Assembly: GCA_002269645.1 (NCBI GenBank)
Contig: NIVC01000748.1
Location: 62,001-126,000 of the forward strand
Direction of reading: 5' to 3'
DNA: 64,000 nt
DNA from: Macrostomum lignano
Lineage: Eukaryota
This document shows, piece after piece, positions 49,439 to 60,299 of this stretch (position 1 is its first letter; each line of letters opens with the position of its first letter). Position numbers and translations under genes: made by a program. A model generated the notes under the pieces. That model worked only from the letters and a program-made list of their open reading frames with translations, was not told the origin of the DNA and ran no database searches.

Positions 49439-50737
49439 CGAGGGCTGAGCAATAAGTTTCCTGATGTGCATAGTTGAGAGGCGGCTGACAAAATCTGACA
49501 CCATAGGTGTCAAGTACATTATATAAGTACAACGTTTGTAAAGTTTCAGACGCACTGGTCATATATAGCCAGTGCAGCACCCAAACCAAGCTAGCATAGC
49601 CACCCTATCTATCAAATTCACAATGGAGCTCAATAGGAGTCATTTTAAAGCAATGATTTATTACGATTTTAAAAGTGGTTTGCGGCAGCAAGAAAGTATT
49701 GAGCGATTGCGAGGAGCTTTTGGGGATGAAGCACCTTCTAGATCCACCGTTTTTGACTGGTTTGCCGAATTCCGACGCGGCAGGCAGAGTCTGGATGATG
49801 AGGAGCGCAGCGGCCGGTCTGTCTCCGCAACGACTGAGAATAATGTTGCTGCTGTCCGGGCCATGGTTGAGGATGATGCCCGAGTGACTGTGGCCCAGAT
49901 AGAGGCAGAGGTGGGCATCTCATCAGGATCCATCAGGACAATCCTGCATTCACAGCTCAACCTGAGCAAGATTTCTGCTCGCTGGGTGCCTCATCAGCTG
50001 GCTCCGGAGCAGAAGGAGGCTCGGGTGACCTGGTGCCGCACCATGCTCGACAGATTAACGGAGGCAGCTCAAACTCGGTCTAGGATATTGTCAGTGGTGA
50101 CGAGTCCTGGATCTATAGTTTCAACCCAGAGACTAAGTCGGCCCAGTGGACTCCAGTTGGCGGCACCCCACCATCCAAGCTTCGGCGAGAGCGCAGCGTG
50201 GCGAAGCAGATGGTGGCCGTTTTTGTGGCGAAAACCGGTCACCTGGCCACGGTTCCACTCGTGCAGCAGCGCAGTCACCAGTGACTGGTACGCCAACATT
50301 TGCCTGCCAGAAGTTCTGAGCGCTCTCTCCTGGCGTCGCCCAAGGACCCGAGCTCGGGGCATCCTTCTCCATCACGACAACGCCCCGGCCCACAAAGCTC
50401 GACAGGTGGCGGAGTTCCTGGCCGGAGAGCACATTCAAGAGCTCGGTCATCCACCACAGCCCCGACCTGGCCCCCTACGATTTTTTTGTGTTTCCACAAA
50501 TCAAGCGCAGGATGTGTGGAATCCACTATGGATCACCAGAAGCTGCAGTGGAGGCCTTCATCCGGCATGTGGAGGAGGTGCCTGCTTCAGATTGGTCCAG
50601 CTGCTTCAGCAAGTGGTTTGAGCGCATGAAAATTTGCATCGAATCTGCGGAGAGTACTTTGAAAAGATGTAACTGTTTTTTTCTCTCTAACTATTTTTCT
50701 GTCTGGGCACATCCGGAAACTTATTGCTCAGCCCTCG
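49439..50737 (+). mobile_element. Full-length (1299 bp) mariner with frameshifted transposase pseudogene
   Basis: TA TSDs; 31-bp TIR CGAGGGCTGAGCAATAAGTTTCCKGATGTGC. Transposase from ATG 49623 to TAA 50672 with WVPHQL, SGDESWI, HHDNAPAH and SPDLAP motifs split across frames. Confidence 0.93.
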
Positions 50738-50808
50738 TATTGCCAATGATTCCCCTGCACTTAATCACCGGGCTTACATGTAGTTCTAGCTCACGTACTT
50801 TCGGGCCA

Positions 50809-51050
50809 GACTGGAATCTCGGCTTGGCTCTGCTCGTGCAACTCACGCTCTTGAAGGCCAACCCCCAAGTGTACATGCTTTACGATAAATAAAGTTAGGG
50901 CCGCTGTACACTCCTGCGTGAGTGTGTGCCTGTGCGTATGACTGCGTACGTATCCGCGCGCTTGTGTGCCTGCTTATTGGAGTCGGCGGAATGGGCAGTA
51001 ATGCCTCTCGCCGGTTGTGTGACAATGTCGTTTAAAAGTGCGTCAGTGTA
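50809..51050 (+). mobile_element. SINE family 2 body, headless
   Basis: Strongly similar to 37300-37540 by eye. Confidence 0.75.
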
Positions 51051-51148
51051 AAATGTTGAACATTTCCCTAAAGCAAAGCAATATTCTGCAGAAATTTACA
51101 CGACTTTCGAGTGTAAGTGTCCTCCCACACTGTTAGGCATTGGCATTT

Positions 51149-51455
51149 GGGGTTGTAGCCTAGTGGTTAGAGCGTCCGACTCACGACTTGAAGGTCGGCG
51201 GTTCGATTCCCGAATCCCACTGGAATAATTTGTGTCCTTGAGTAAGACACCTAACTCTGCATTTCTTCAGTTCACCCAGCTGTAAAATGGGTGCCAGCAT
51301 TAGCTGGGGTAATTGAGGCTGTGTGTGTGGCGACCCCCCAGTCCTTGGACTGAACAGCCGTACGCAGCCTTCAGATGCGCCGCGCAATAGCTGCGGCTGA
51401 GCTGTCGGTGTCACATCTGGCACGATTGGGGCAGGTGAAATCAATTATCATTTTC
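51149..51455 (+). mobile_element. SINE family 1, full length with tRNA-like head (CAC at the anticodon position) and long tail
   Basis: GGGGTTGTAGCCTAGTGGTTAGAGCG..CTCACGA..GGTTCGATTCCC followed by the CORE-like block. Confidence 0.88.
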
Positions 51456-52356
51456 ATTATTGGCATTGAAAACTTGTGCGCATCCCAAATTTTCAAGATC
51501 GATTTTCAAAACACACACGCTCGCCGACAATCTTTTAGACGATTCTAAACGATTCTCCAGCTCTCAACTGTCCGTACTTTGTCTAATTAATTGGGCTAGC
51601 CCGCGATTTGCTGTCAAAAATAGCAATAAAAATGATTACCTTAAAGCTGCTCTAGCTCTTTCCAGAAAGTAGAACAGTCAGAACAAAAATTAAAATAGAC
51701 ACTGAGAATCAGTTTAGTAGTCAAAATTCTAGGGCCTCCTGCTACTCAAGGCTTGCGACTGAAAGAGCCAGGGAAAGACATCAGAATGTGAAGAAAAGGT
51801 CCGATCCACCGTTCATATTGTCCGGAAGCTGTTTCCCTTCGTCTCCAGGCTCCCTTAGTGCTTGAGCTATAATCTTGCTTGGCCCGCACAGGCTGCCCAA
51901 GCAACCCCCCCGCTCCCCGGAACCCGTGCTGGAGCAGTGCGAGGTACCGTGTGAGCAGATGAGCCTCATAGAAGCCATGGACCTCCGCGCATGCAGGTGC
52001 TGCAGTGTGCGATTCACAATGCCAGCTATATAGAAGGAGAAAGAATTGAAAGAGACCAAGGCATGTCAGATCAGAATCTCTGATGTCTGATGTCCGTTTG
52101 AGCCATGGCTTTTGCATTGCCAGATGGATAGCTTAGCGTGAGCAACTATAATGAGGCGTGCGTTCCAGTTTCAGTTTTTTTTCTAAAGAAAACCCATCCG
52201 CTTGGACATGGCGCTTTTGGGCTTGGCTGTCATGGACTTCTAGACTGAGCAGCTGGATTGGAAACTTATCTCGATGAAGTTCCTATCTGTTTAAGTGGGA
52301 AAAATGGAGCAAGTATTCGGTTGTCTAAGGTCTATGGGCTAAATTCTCTGGAAAGG

Positions 52357-52826
52357 TCATAGCCAATCATAATTATCATAGCCAATCATAATTATCATAG
52401 CCAATCATAATTATCATAGCCAATCATAATTATCATAGCCAATCATAATTATCATAGCCAATCATAATTATCATAGCCAATCATAATTATCATTGCCAAT
52501 CATAATTATCATAGCCAATCATAATTATCATAGCCAATCATAATTATCATAGCCAATCATAATTATCATAGCCAATCATAATTATCATAGCCAATCATAA
52601 TTATCATAGCCAATCATAATTATCATAGGCCAATCATAATTATCATAGCCAATCATAATTATCATAGCCAATCATAATTATCATAAGCCAATCATAATTA
52701 TCATAGCCAATCATAATTATCATAGCCAATCATAATTATCATAAGCCAATCATAATTATCATAGCCAATCATAATTATCATAAGCCAATCATAATTATCA
52801 TAAGCCAATCATAATTATCACAGCCA
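52357..52826. repeat. 19-bp minisatellite (TCATAGCCAATCATAATTA)n
   Basis: About 24 near-perfect units. Confidence 0.95.
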
Positions 52827-53664
52827 ATGTAATATGTGAAAACTCCTTGCCTTCTGCACACGATGGAGTGATGTTCTACCATAGACAAAAGTCGCTGGAG
52901 ACATGCGCATGCAGAAAGATAGGATTGATTGAAACTTCTTGGAAGAAAAATGGCTTCTTCAAGTTCTTGTCAATCTCAGGAATCTAAATCTAACTTCAAG
53001 AGAACGGTAGATGAAGGAGTAGGGGGGAGTATTTTTTCATAAATCAGCTTAGTTGTTCGCATGCGTCATGTTCTGACATCGGGAACTGACGTGAAGTACC
53101 GCAGCGCTCTCTCAGCAAGTGTAAAAGTGTCCACAGTAAAAGACAGTTCTTCCCGGCTTTGGCGAGCTCACAAATTTTTTTTGTTAACGTCCCCTCGCGC
53201 GTCGCTATTTTAGATTTTTTTTCAGAAGTTCCTCTCTCCCTATATATTGAATTGTGCCTCTTTTACCTGACCCACCAACCCGCGGATTAACCTGGGACAC
53301 CAGGGTTTAAGTGAGTGGGCAAAGAATTAACCGTCTCCCCCATACCCCGAAGCATTGTTGCGGTCACTTCGGTCGCTGCGGCAATTCAGTTTTACTCAAC
53401 TGTGAGCATATCTGCTCAGCTGTGCAACCTCGCCCTTAAAGCATTTATCGCATTCTGTCTAATTTTAACGCTAAAACAGGAAAGTGAAAAAGCAAATTCC
53501 CTGTCAATTTGAAGAGCACTTGTGGGCGAGAAACTTGCGATTCGCAAAGAAAATATTGCCGCGCTAGAGGCAAAATATCAAATAAAGATATTCACACATT
53601 TATTGCACAGGAATTTTAGGTTCAAATAAAGGATTTCCTTTTCTATGCTTCTTGTCTGCACGTC

Positions 53665-54500
53665 TGGGTGTTGGGATTAGGGATCTGGGATTAGGAATCT
53701 AAGTCTAGGGATCTGGGATTAGGGATCTGGGATTAGGAATCTAAGTCTAGGGATCTGGGATTAGGGATCTGGGATTAGGGATCTGGGATTAGGAATCTAA
53801 GTCTAGGGATCTGGGATTAGGGATCTGGGATTAGGAATCTAAGTCTAGGGATCTGGGATTAGGGATCTGGCTGTAAGGATCTGGTATTATGGATCTGGGA
53901 TTAGAGATCTGGGATTAGGGATCTGGGTTTAGGAATCTGGGATTAAAAATCTGGGATAAGGGTCTGCGATTAGGGATCTGTGATTAGGGATATGGGATTA
54001 GAGATCTGTGAATAGGGATCTGAGATTAAAAATCTGGGATTAGGGGTCTGGGATTAGAATCTGAGATTAGCGATCTGGGATTAGGGATCTGGGATTAGAG
54101 ATCTTGGATTAGAATCTGAGATTAGGGATCTGGGATTAGAGATCTGGGATTAGCGATCTGGGATTAGAATCTGGGATTAGAATCTGGGATTAGAATCTGG
54201 GATTAGCGATCAGGGATTAGAATCTGGGATTAGAATCTGGGATTAGAATCTGGGATTAGCGATCAGGGATTAGAATCTGGGATTAGAATCTGGGATTAGA
54301 ATCTGGGATTAGCGATCAGGGATTAGAATCTGGGATTAGCGATCAGGTATTAGAGATCTGGGATTAGCGATCAGGTATTAGAGATCTGGGATTAGGGATC
54401 TGGGTTAGGGATCTGGGATTAGGATCTTGGATTTGTGATCAGGTACTAGAGATCTGGGATTTAGGGATCTGGGTTAGGGATCTGGGATTAGGGATCTAGG
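53665..54500. repeat. 13-14-bp G-rich repeat (GGGATTAGGGATCT / GGGATTAGAATCT)n
   Basis: About 60 variable units, many containing TTAGGG. Confidence 0.93.
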
Positions 54501-55204
54501 ATTATTTGTCTGGATTAAGAGTAGAATCATAAATAAAAAATCATTTAACTAAGCAGGGAGTTCTAATCAAAATCTACTTGAAATTCTTCTCAAGCAGCAC
54601 GCGGAGCAATAGAGCTGGAGAATCAAAGCTCGAATGAAAATTTAATTTAGGGTAGGAGAGGGAGAATTTTTTACGATTCTTAAATTTAAATGAGACAATG
54701 CCCAGAAAGTTCTTTCGCAGGAAATTTTGCTGTTTAAAAATTCGCAATGTAAGTTTTGGGCACCCTTGTCGCCAATGCCTGTTTTTGCCCAATTCTGCCC
54801 ATGATCCATTGACTCAGTGAGCACACACACAAGCGCACCAATGCTGTACGCAGAAAACAGAGAGAGGGACATAAAGAGGACAGATAGCTGGATAGGAAGA
54901 TTCAGTCCGCACAGAAATTGAAATCGGATATCGCTGATGCATGCATTGAATTGCGGAATTTCGCTCTGCCCATTGTCAGTTTTGGCAATGCATAATTGTA
55001 TCAATAGTAGTACTCGTCTGCGTGTAACCGATTCTAGATTGAGTAGAAATATAATGCTCAACATGAGCAATTGTACGTAGTTAGTCATTAATGAGTATTT
55101 TTGTGTCTATTTTTTAGCTTCTCACTGATATCTATAGTTGAGTACATACAAATTTACTAAATGATTTTGTGGCAATAGTTAAATTTTTTCGGACTTTAAA
55201 TAAA

Positions 55205-55680
55205 AGCGATGGATTCTAAAAATGTGACGAAATCTAAAAAAGCGATCAATTCCAGGAATGTGACGAATTCTAAGAAAGCAATCAATTCCAGGAATGTGAC
55301 GAATTCTAAGAAAGCGACCATTTCCATGAATGTGACGAATTCTAAGAAAGCGATCATTTCCATGAATGTGACGAATTCTAAGAAAGCGATCAATTACAGG
55401 AATGTGACGAATTCTAAAAAGCGATCATTTACAGGAATGTGACGAATTCTAAGAAAGCGATCAATTGCAGGAATGTGACGAATTCTAAGAAAGCGATCAA
55501 TTGCAGGAATGTGACGAATTCTAAGAAAGCGATCAATTGCAGGAATGTGACGAATTCTAAGAAAGCGATCAATTGCAGCTAGAAAGGTGACGAATTCTGA
55601 GATAGTGATCAAGTTGATATAGTTAACGAATTTCTTAGCAATTGATCAATTCCAAGAAGATAACGAATTCTAAGAAAGCG
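55205..55680. repeat. 36-bp minisatellite (TGACGAATTCTAAGAAAGCGATCAATTCCAGGAATG)n
   Basis: About 12 units. Confidence 0.9.
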
Positions 55681-57178
55681 GAAGCGATGTTTGTATATTC
55701 AAGGGTTCATCTACGGTTCCAAGAACTCGAAAATTTTAATACATAATAACCGAACCGATGTACTTTAAGAATTGCGACTAGGCCACTCTAAATCTCTGGG
55801 ACTTCTTGATTCTCAAACTTCTTAAAAATATTAATAGTAAGAATAGTTGACCCAGTAATGCCCTGGGGACAGACGGCTGCAGTTGGTGCAAGGGTTTCAC
55901 AAGGTCGGAAGTTCACAGCGCCGAAAACTACTGCATGTTTTTTGTCATATCAAGTTTTCGAATAGGTTTTTTTAGATCTGGACAAGGAGCACTATAACTA
56001 GATTTCCGGAGTGGATCATCGACCCTTTCTAAATATTACATCCTATATTTGAACTTTTTTCGTTTCGAAAAATCTTCTTTAAACTTTTACAGTTCCTTGG
56101 GTGAAATCCATTACTCGTCTTTCCTTTCTACCTTTAGAAAGTTTTTGGAACTGAAAGGATTAAGCGAAGACGGCGAGGCAAGGGAATGACGAGCGGATTT
56201 AAATGATGAGAATTTCTAGATGAGGTCAGATTTTCAAAGAATTTCTTTGCGCAATGTCTATTTTACCGTTTGTCGGAGGGATATATCGTCATCGGTGAGA
56301 TTAAGTCGTAAATGATAAAAAACACAACTCCGTCTTAGCCTATATCTTGTCTAGCTAAATAAAGCAAAAAAGTTTTAGTTGAAATGAGCTGCAGTTTATG
56401 TGACTGCCGTGGCCAGATATTTTCCACAGTATAGCTCTAATTAAGCTCCACAGTTGGTTTTTAGCTCAATTTCTCTCTCAGGGGTTCCGTCTTTTTGCCA
56501 GGTATTCTGTCTGTCAGTCACAGTCAAGTCAGCGAAGCTGTCAGTCAGTCAGTCAGTCAGGCCTGTGACTTCCTAGCGTGCGTGCGAGAAAAAACTGTAG
56601 ATTCCTCTCCGCCCCCTCCCTCTCTCTCCAGCTCTCAAGCTACTCCAAGGCTCATTAGAACGCCGAGGCCTGGCAAATTTTTACCAATCGCTCAGTGAAT
56701 TATGCAAACGACGCAGAACAGGGGCAATGGAACGCGCAGGGCTGTGTACTCAAAATAATCCAGTGCAGCTCACGGAACCTTCGGGTTTCTCTACCGCCCT
56801 CAGATGAACAATTATCCTTACCGCTCCGATAATAGAGAATGTTTTTACATCGCTTTTTCTCACTGATCCACCCTCTGCTAAACATCCGCAAACTATATGC
56901 AGCCCATCTCCGTGTTTCATCGCAGGAGGCTTGTGTGCAGCGATACTGGGAGGTGAGGGGATCGGCAGTGAGGCCCGGTCCAGAGCCAACCACTGCCTTC
57001 GCAACGAATCGGCAAGCTGAGGCATCCAATCGGCGGGCGTGCAAGCCAATTGGTCCGGCCTTCTGAAGCTCTCCTGAAGCCGTCAATCGGACTGGCTGTC
57101 TCAGCTTTAAAGCTTCTAAATAAACTCAACGCTCTCTGTTACCATATGCGACGCCAAACTGTTTTCCCGAGACCGAGG

Positions 57179-59738
57179 ATGACATTGTTCAATCTAGCTG
57201 GACTACTGTTGACGGCTCTGCTCGCTTCTGTCAGGGCGGGCTCGGGCAAGTATAACATCAGCTACTCTGTGCTGGAGGAGACCGACGGTCCAGCGCTGAT
57301 TGGAGACCTCGCTGGCGATCTCAACCTGCTCCGTTTCTACAGTTCGGACAATTTAGCCAAGAAACGGGTCGAATTTTTGCGCACTAGTCCGGATTATAAC
57401 TCGCACTTTCGGGTGCGAATTGTGCCTGGCAAAGCTGGCGGTACGGTTAGGCACGAGCTGATGCTGGTGAAACGTCTGGACCGAGAACTGGTGTGCAAGG
57501 ACTCCGCTCTGGCCTCTGAATGCTATCTGGCGCTCAGCTGCTCAGTGAAGCCGTACGACGATCCAATTCTTCTATTCACCGTTCGCATCTTCGTGCTAGA
57601 CGTGAACGACAATGCCCCAGTTTTCGACCCGGCTCAGAACACGGTGCAATTCAGCGAGGCGGATCTGGTCGGCTCGAGGAAGCCGATTCCTCACGCTGCT
57701 GATGCGGATAGCGGACCGAACGCTCGAGTTGCTTACGCGTTGGCAACGCCGTCAAATCATTTCCGCGTCGACAGCGACTCACAGACGCAGGTATACCTGA
57801 CTCTGGCCTCACCGCTCGACCGAGAAACAGTCGCTTCCTACAGTCTAAACGTGTCGGCCACTGACTTTGGTGACGTCCCACTGACCGGCTACCTGCAGCT
57901 CAGCGTAGTCGTCACTGACACAAACGACTGCTTCCCAGTGTTCGATCGCGAATCCTATCACGCAAAAGTTGTAGAGAACTCCATGCCGAAGCCGGTCCTG
58001 ACGGTGCACGCTACTGACGGCGACATTGGCGAGAACGGCCGAGTGAAGTACCAGCTGGCATCGGACACGCTGTCTAGGGTTCATCGATTCGTTGAAGTTG
58101 GTCTAGAGGACGGCGCTGTCTCGCTCAGACGACCGATCGATCGCGAGGAGCTCGCCGTGCTGGAGTTTCAGGTGCGCGCCGTTGATGGCGGATCGCCGGC
58201 CAAGACCAGCGTAGCGACAGTGCAGCTGACAGTGCTCGACTTGAACGACTGCCCGCCGCGAATTGAACTGCCGGCTAGGCGGACGGGCGTCTTTGAGAAC
58301 CGTCAGCCAGGGACGGTGGTGTTGTCTTTCACCGTCAAGGACGATGATTTGGGCATCAACGGCAGTGTGCAGTGCAAACTGATCAAGGGGCTCGGTCGAG
58401 TTCGAAGTGAAAGAGTACGATAGGAAGCTGAGACTGTTTCAAATTCTCACGAGGGACGAGCTGGACAGGGAGGCGAAAGACACCTATTCAGTGGTGATTC
58501 GCTGCACTGACGGCGGCGGAATGGAGTCGCGAGAAGGCCTCACCATATTTGTCGAAGACGAAAATGACCATCAGCCGAGATTTGTACAGACCACGCTTTT
58601 TCGTTCGGTGCCTGAGAATTGCGCCCTGGGTCACGTGATTGCTAACCTGTCAGCCACAGACGGTGACATTAACGAGAACGGCCTGATCAGCTACTATATT
58701 CAACGAGATCCAGCTGTACCGGAGACTAACAGCTTCGATGTCACCCGCCACGGCGGCACCGTCACTGTATCCAAGCGCCTCGACCGGGAGGCGCGATCGA
58801 GCCTGACTCTGTTTGTCGAAGCTCGGGACAACGGCAAGATCTATCAGTTCTCGGCAACTGCAACTCTCTACATTGAAATCAAGGATGTCAACGATGTTGC
58901 GCCGATTCTGCCACCGTCGGTCGATTTCTCCGTGGAGGAGAACGGACCGCCGGGGATCAAGCTGGGCCCGGTGCGAGCCACCGATCCTGACACGGACGAT
59001 GGTGGTAGAATCGCATTCTACGGCGGCGACAAAGACTCCTTCGCCGTCACAGAGGACGGCTACTTAGTTGCTAAGCAAAGTTTCGATCGCGAAACCAAAG
59101 CATCTTACGTTGTCCAGGTGTTTGCGAGGGACTTTGGCAAGCCCAGTCTGACCTCATCAACTTTGGCCACGGTGAAGATTATGGACCGCAACGACTGCCA
59201 GCCGCAGTTTATTTTCCCCTACAGCAGCGACAACTTCTCGGTGTCTGTGCATGAACAGCCCGGCTACCTGATTCTCAAAGCCGTCGCCAAGGACGCCGAT
59301 GAAGCGGGAGACAACAGCCGGATTCGCTACCGGCTTGAGCAGAAATCCGGCCTGTTTTCTGTGTCCGAGGACACCGGCAAGCTTCAGGTTAATGCGCCAA
59401 TGCGACTGTCCGATCTAGGCAGTCATCGCCTGATTATCCACGCAGCGACTGCGGCGTGCCCCGGCTGGAGACGTCAGTGTCAATTTACATCACCCTGCAG
59501 GATACGCCGGCATTGGAACAGCGCAGTAGTTCCATAGGCAACGGAGACGGCGGCGGTTCGGGAAGTTTCGGCACAGCGGCGGTAGCAGTGCTGGTGACCC
59601 TGACCGTGCTGCTTCTGGTGCTCATCGTCTGCGTACTGCTGTTCGTGCTGCAGCGACGGCGGGCTCTCCTAGCCGCTGCGTCCGGCGGCCAGAACTCGTT
59701 GGGCTGTGTTGGAGAGTACAAATTCCTGCAACGACGAC
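57179..59738 (+). CDS. Delta-1-type protocadherin, large first coding exon (signal peptide, 7 cadherin repeats, TM), two 1-bp frameshifts in this assembly
   Basis: Signal MTLFNLAGLLLTALLASVRAG. Repeats bounded by DVNDNAP, DTNDCFP, DLNDCPP, DENDHQP, DVNDVAP, DRNDCQP; LDRE motifs; TM VAVLVTLTVLLLVLIVCVLLFVL-QRRR; donor GTAAGT at 59739. Frameshifts near 58388 and 59445. Confidence 0.88.
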
Positions 59739-60299
59739 GTAAGTAAATCCTTGAAACGGTGTTTGAGCCTTAAACAAGCAAATAAAAGTTGCAAACAAAT
59801 TAAATGTAAACCATGGGCTGTGTGTGAATCGCTAATTTGTGGTGTATCTCACGTACGTGATTGTATACATTCACTGGGGTGCCAATAGCCCCCTGCTATC
59901 GAACTTCACTATGTTGGTAACTCAGCCCACTCGAACATTTTAGTATAGTGGACTAGCAACCTGCGCCCCTCCGTAGGGGAGGCAACAATGGAAGGAATAA
60001 ACATTTTAAAATAAATGGCATATACGTATGTTTGCAGAAAAAAATCACGCCATCTGGCCTAAGATATCAGCCTTGGCTCAATGCGTCTGAGCAACCCCTC
60101 CCTATGAGCCTTGACATCTCAGCAATTCCCCAATTCATTTTTTATGGTCTGATAGGGCGATTCTTTGACAGTACGGCAAATTCGATTTCAACGTTTATGA
60201 TCAATGAAAGTTTATCTGCAAAACGCTATCTAGTTTGACTGGTTGAAATGGCAACTTAGAAAATTGCATGGAGTTACCAGAGTAAAAGTTGGCAGCTTC

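Noticed and set aside
51149-51220. tRNA-Val-like gene (also at 26297 and about 48690-48755)
   Set aside because: Stems pair poorly and the sequence continues into a shared SINE body; treated as SINE heads.
51746-52117. GC-rich minus ORF, perhaps an integrase or recombinase fragment
   Set aside because: No convincing catalytic motif in the frames I read.
54574-55088. Overlapping minus-strand ORFs upstream of the protocadherin
   Set aside because: No domain motif or coding-like codon bias; probably chance ORFs.
421-55680. Regular arrays as possible CRISPR loci
   Set aside because: Units are head-to-tail without unique spacers, there are no cas genes, and the context is eukaryotic introns.
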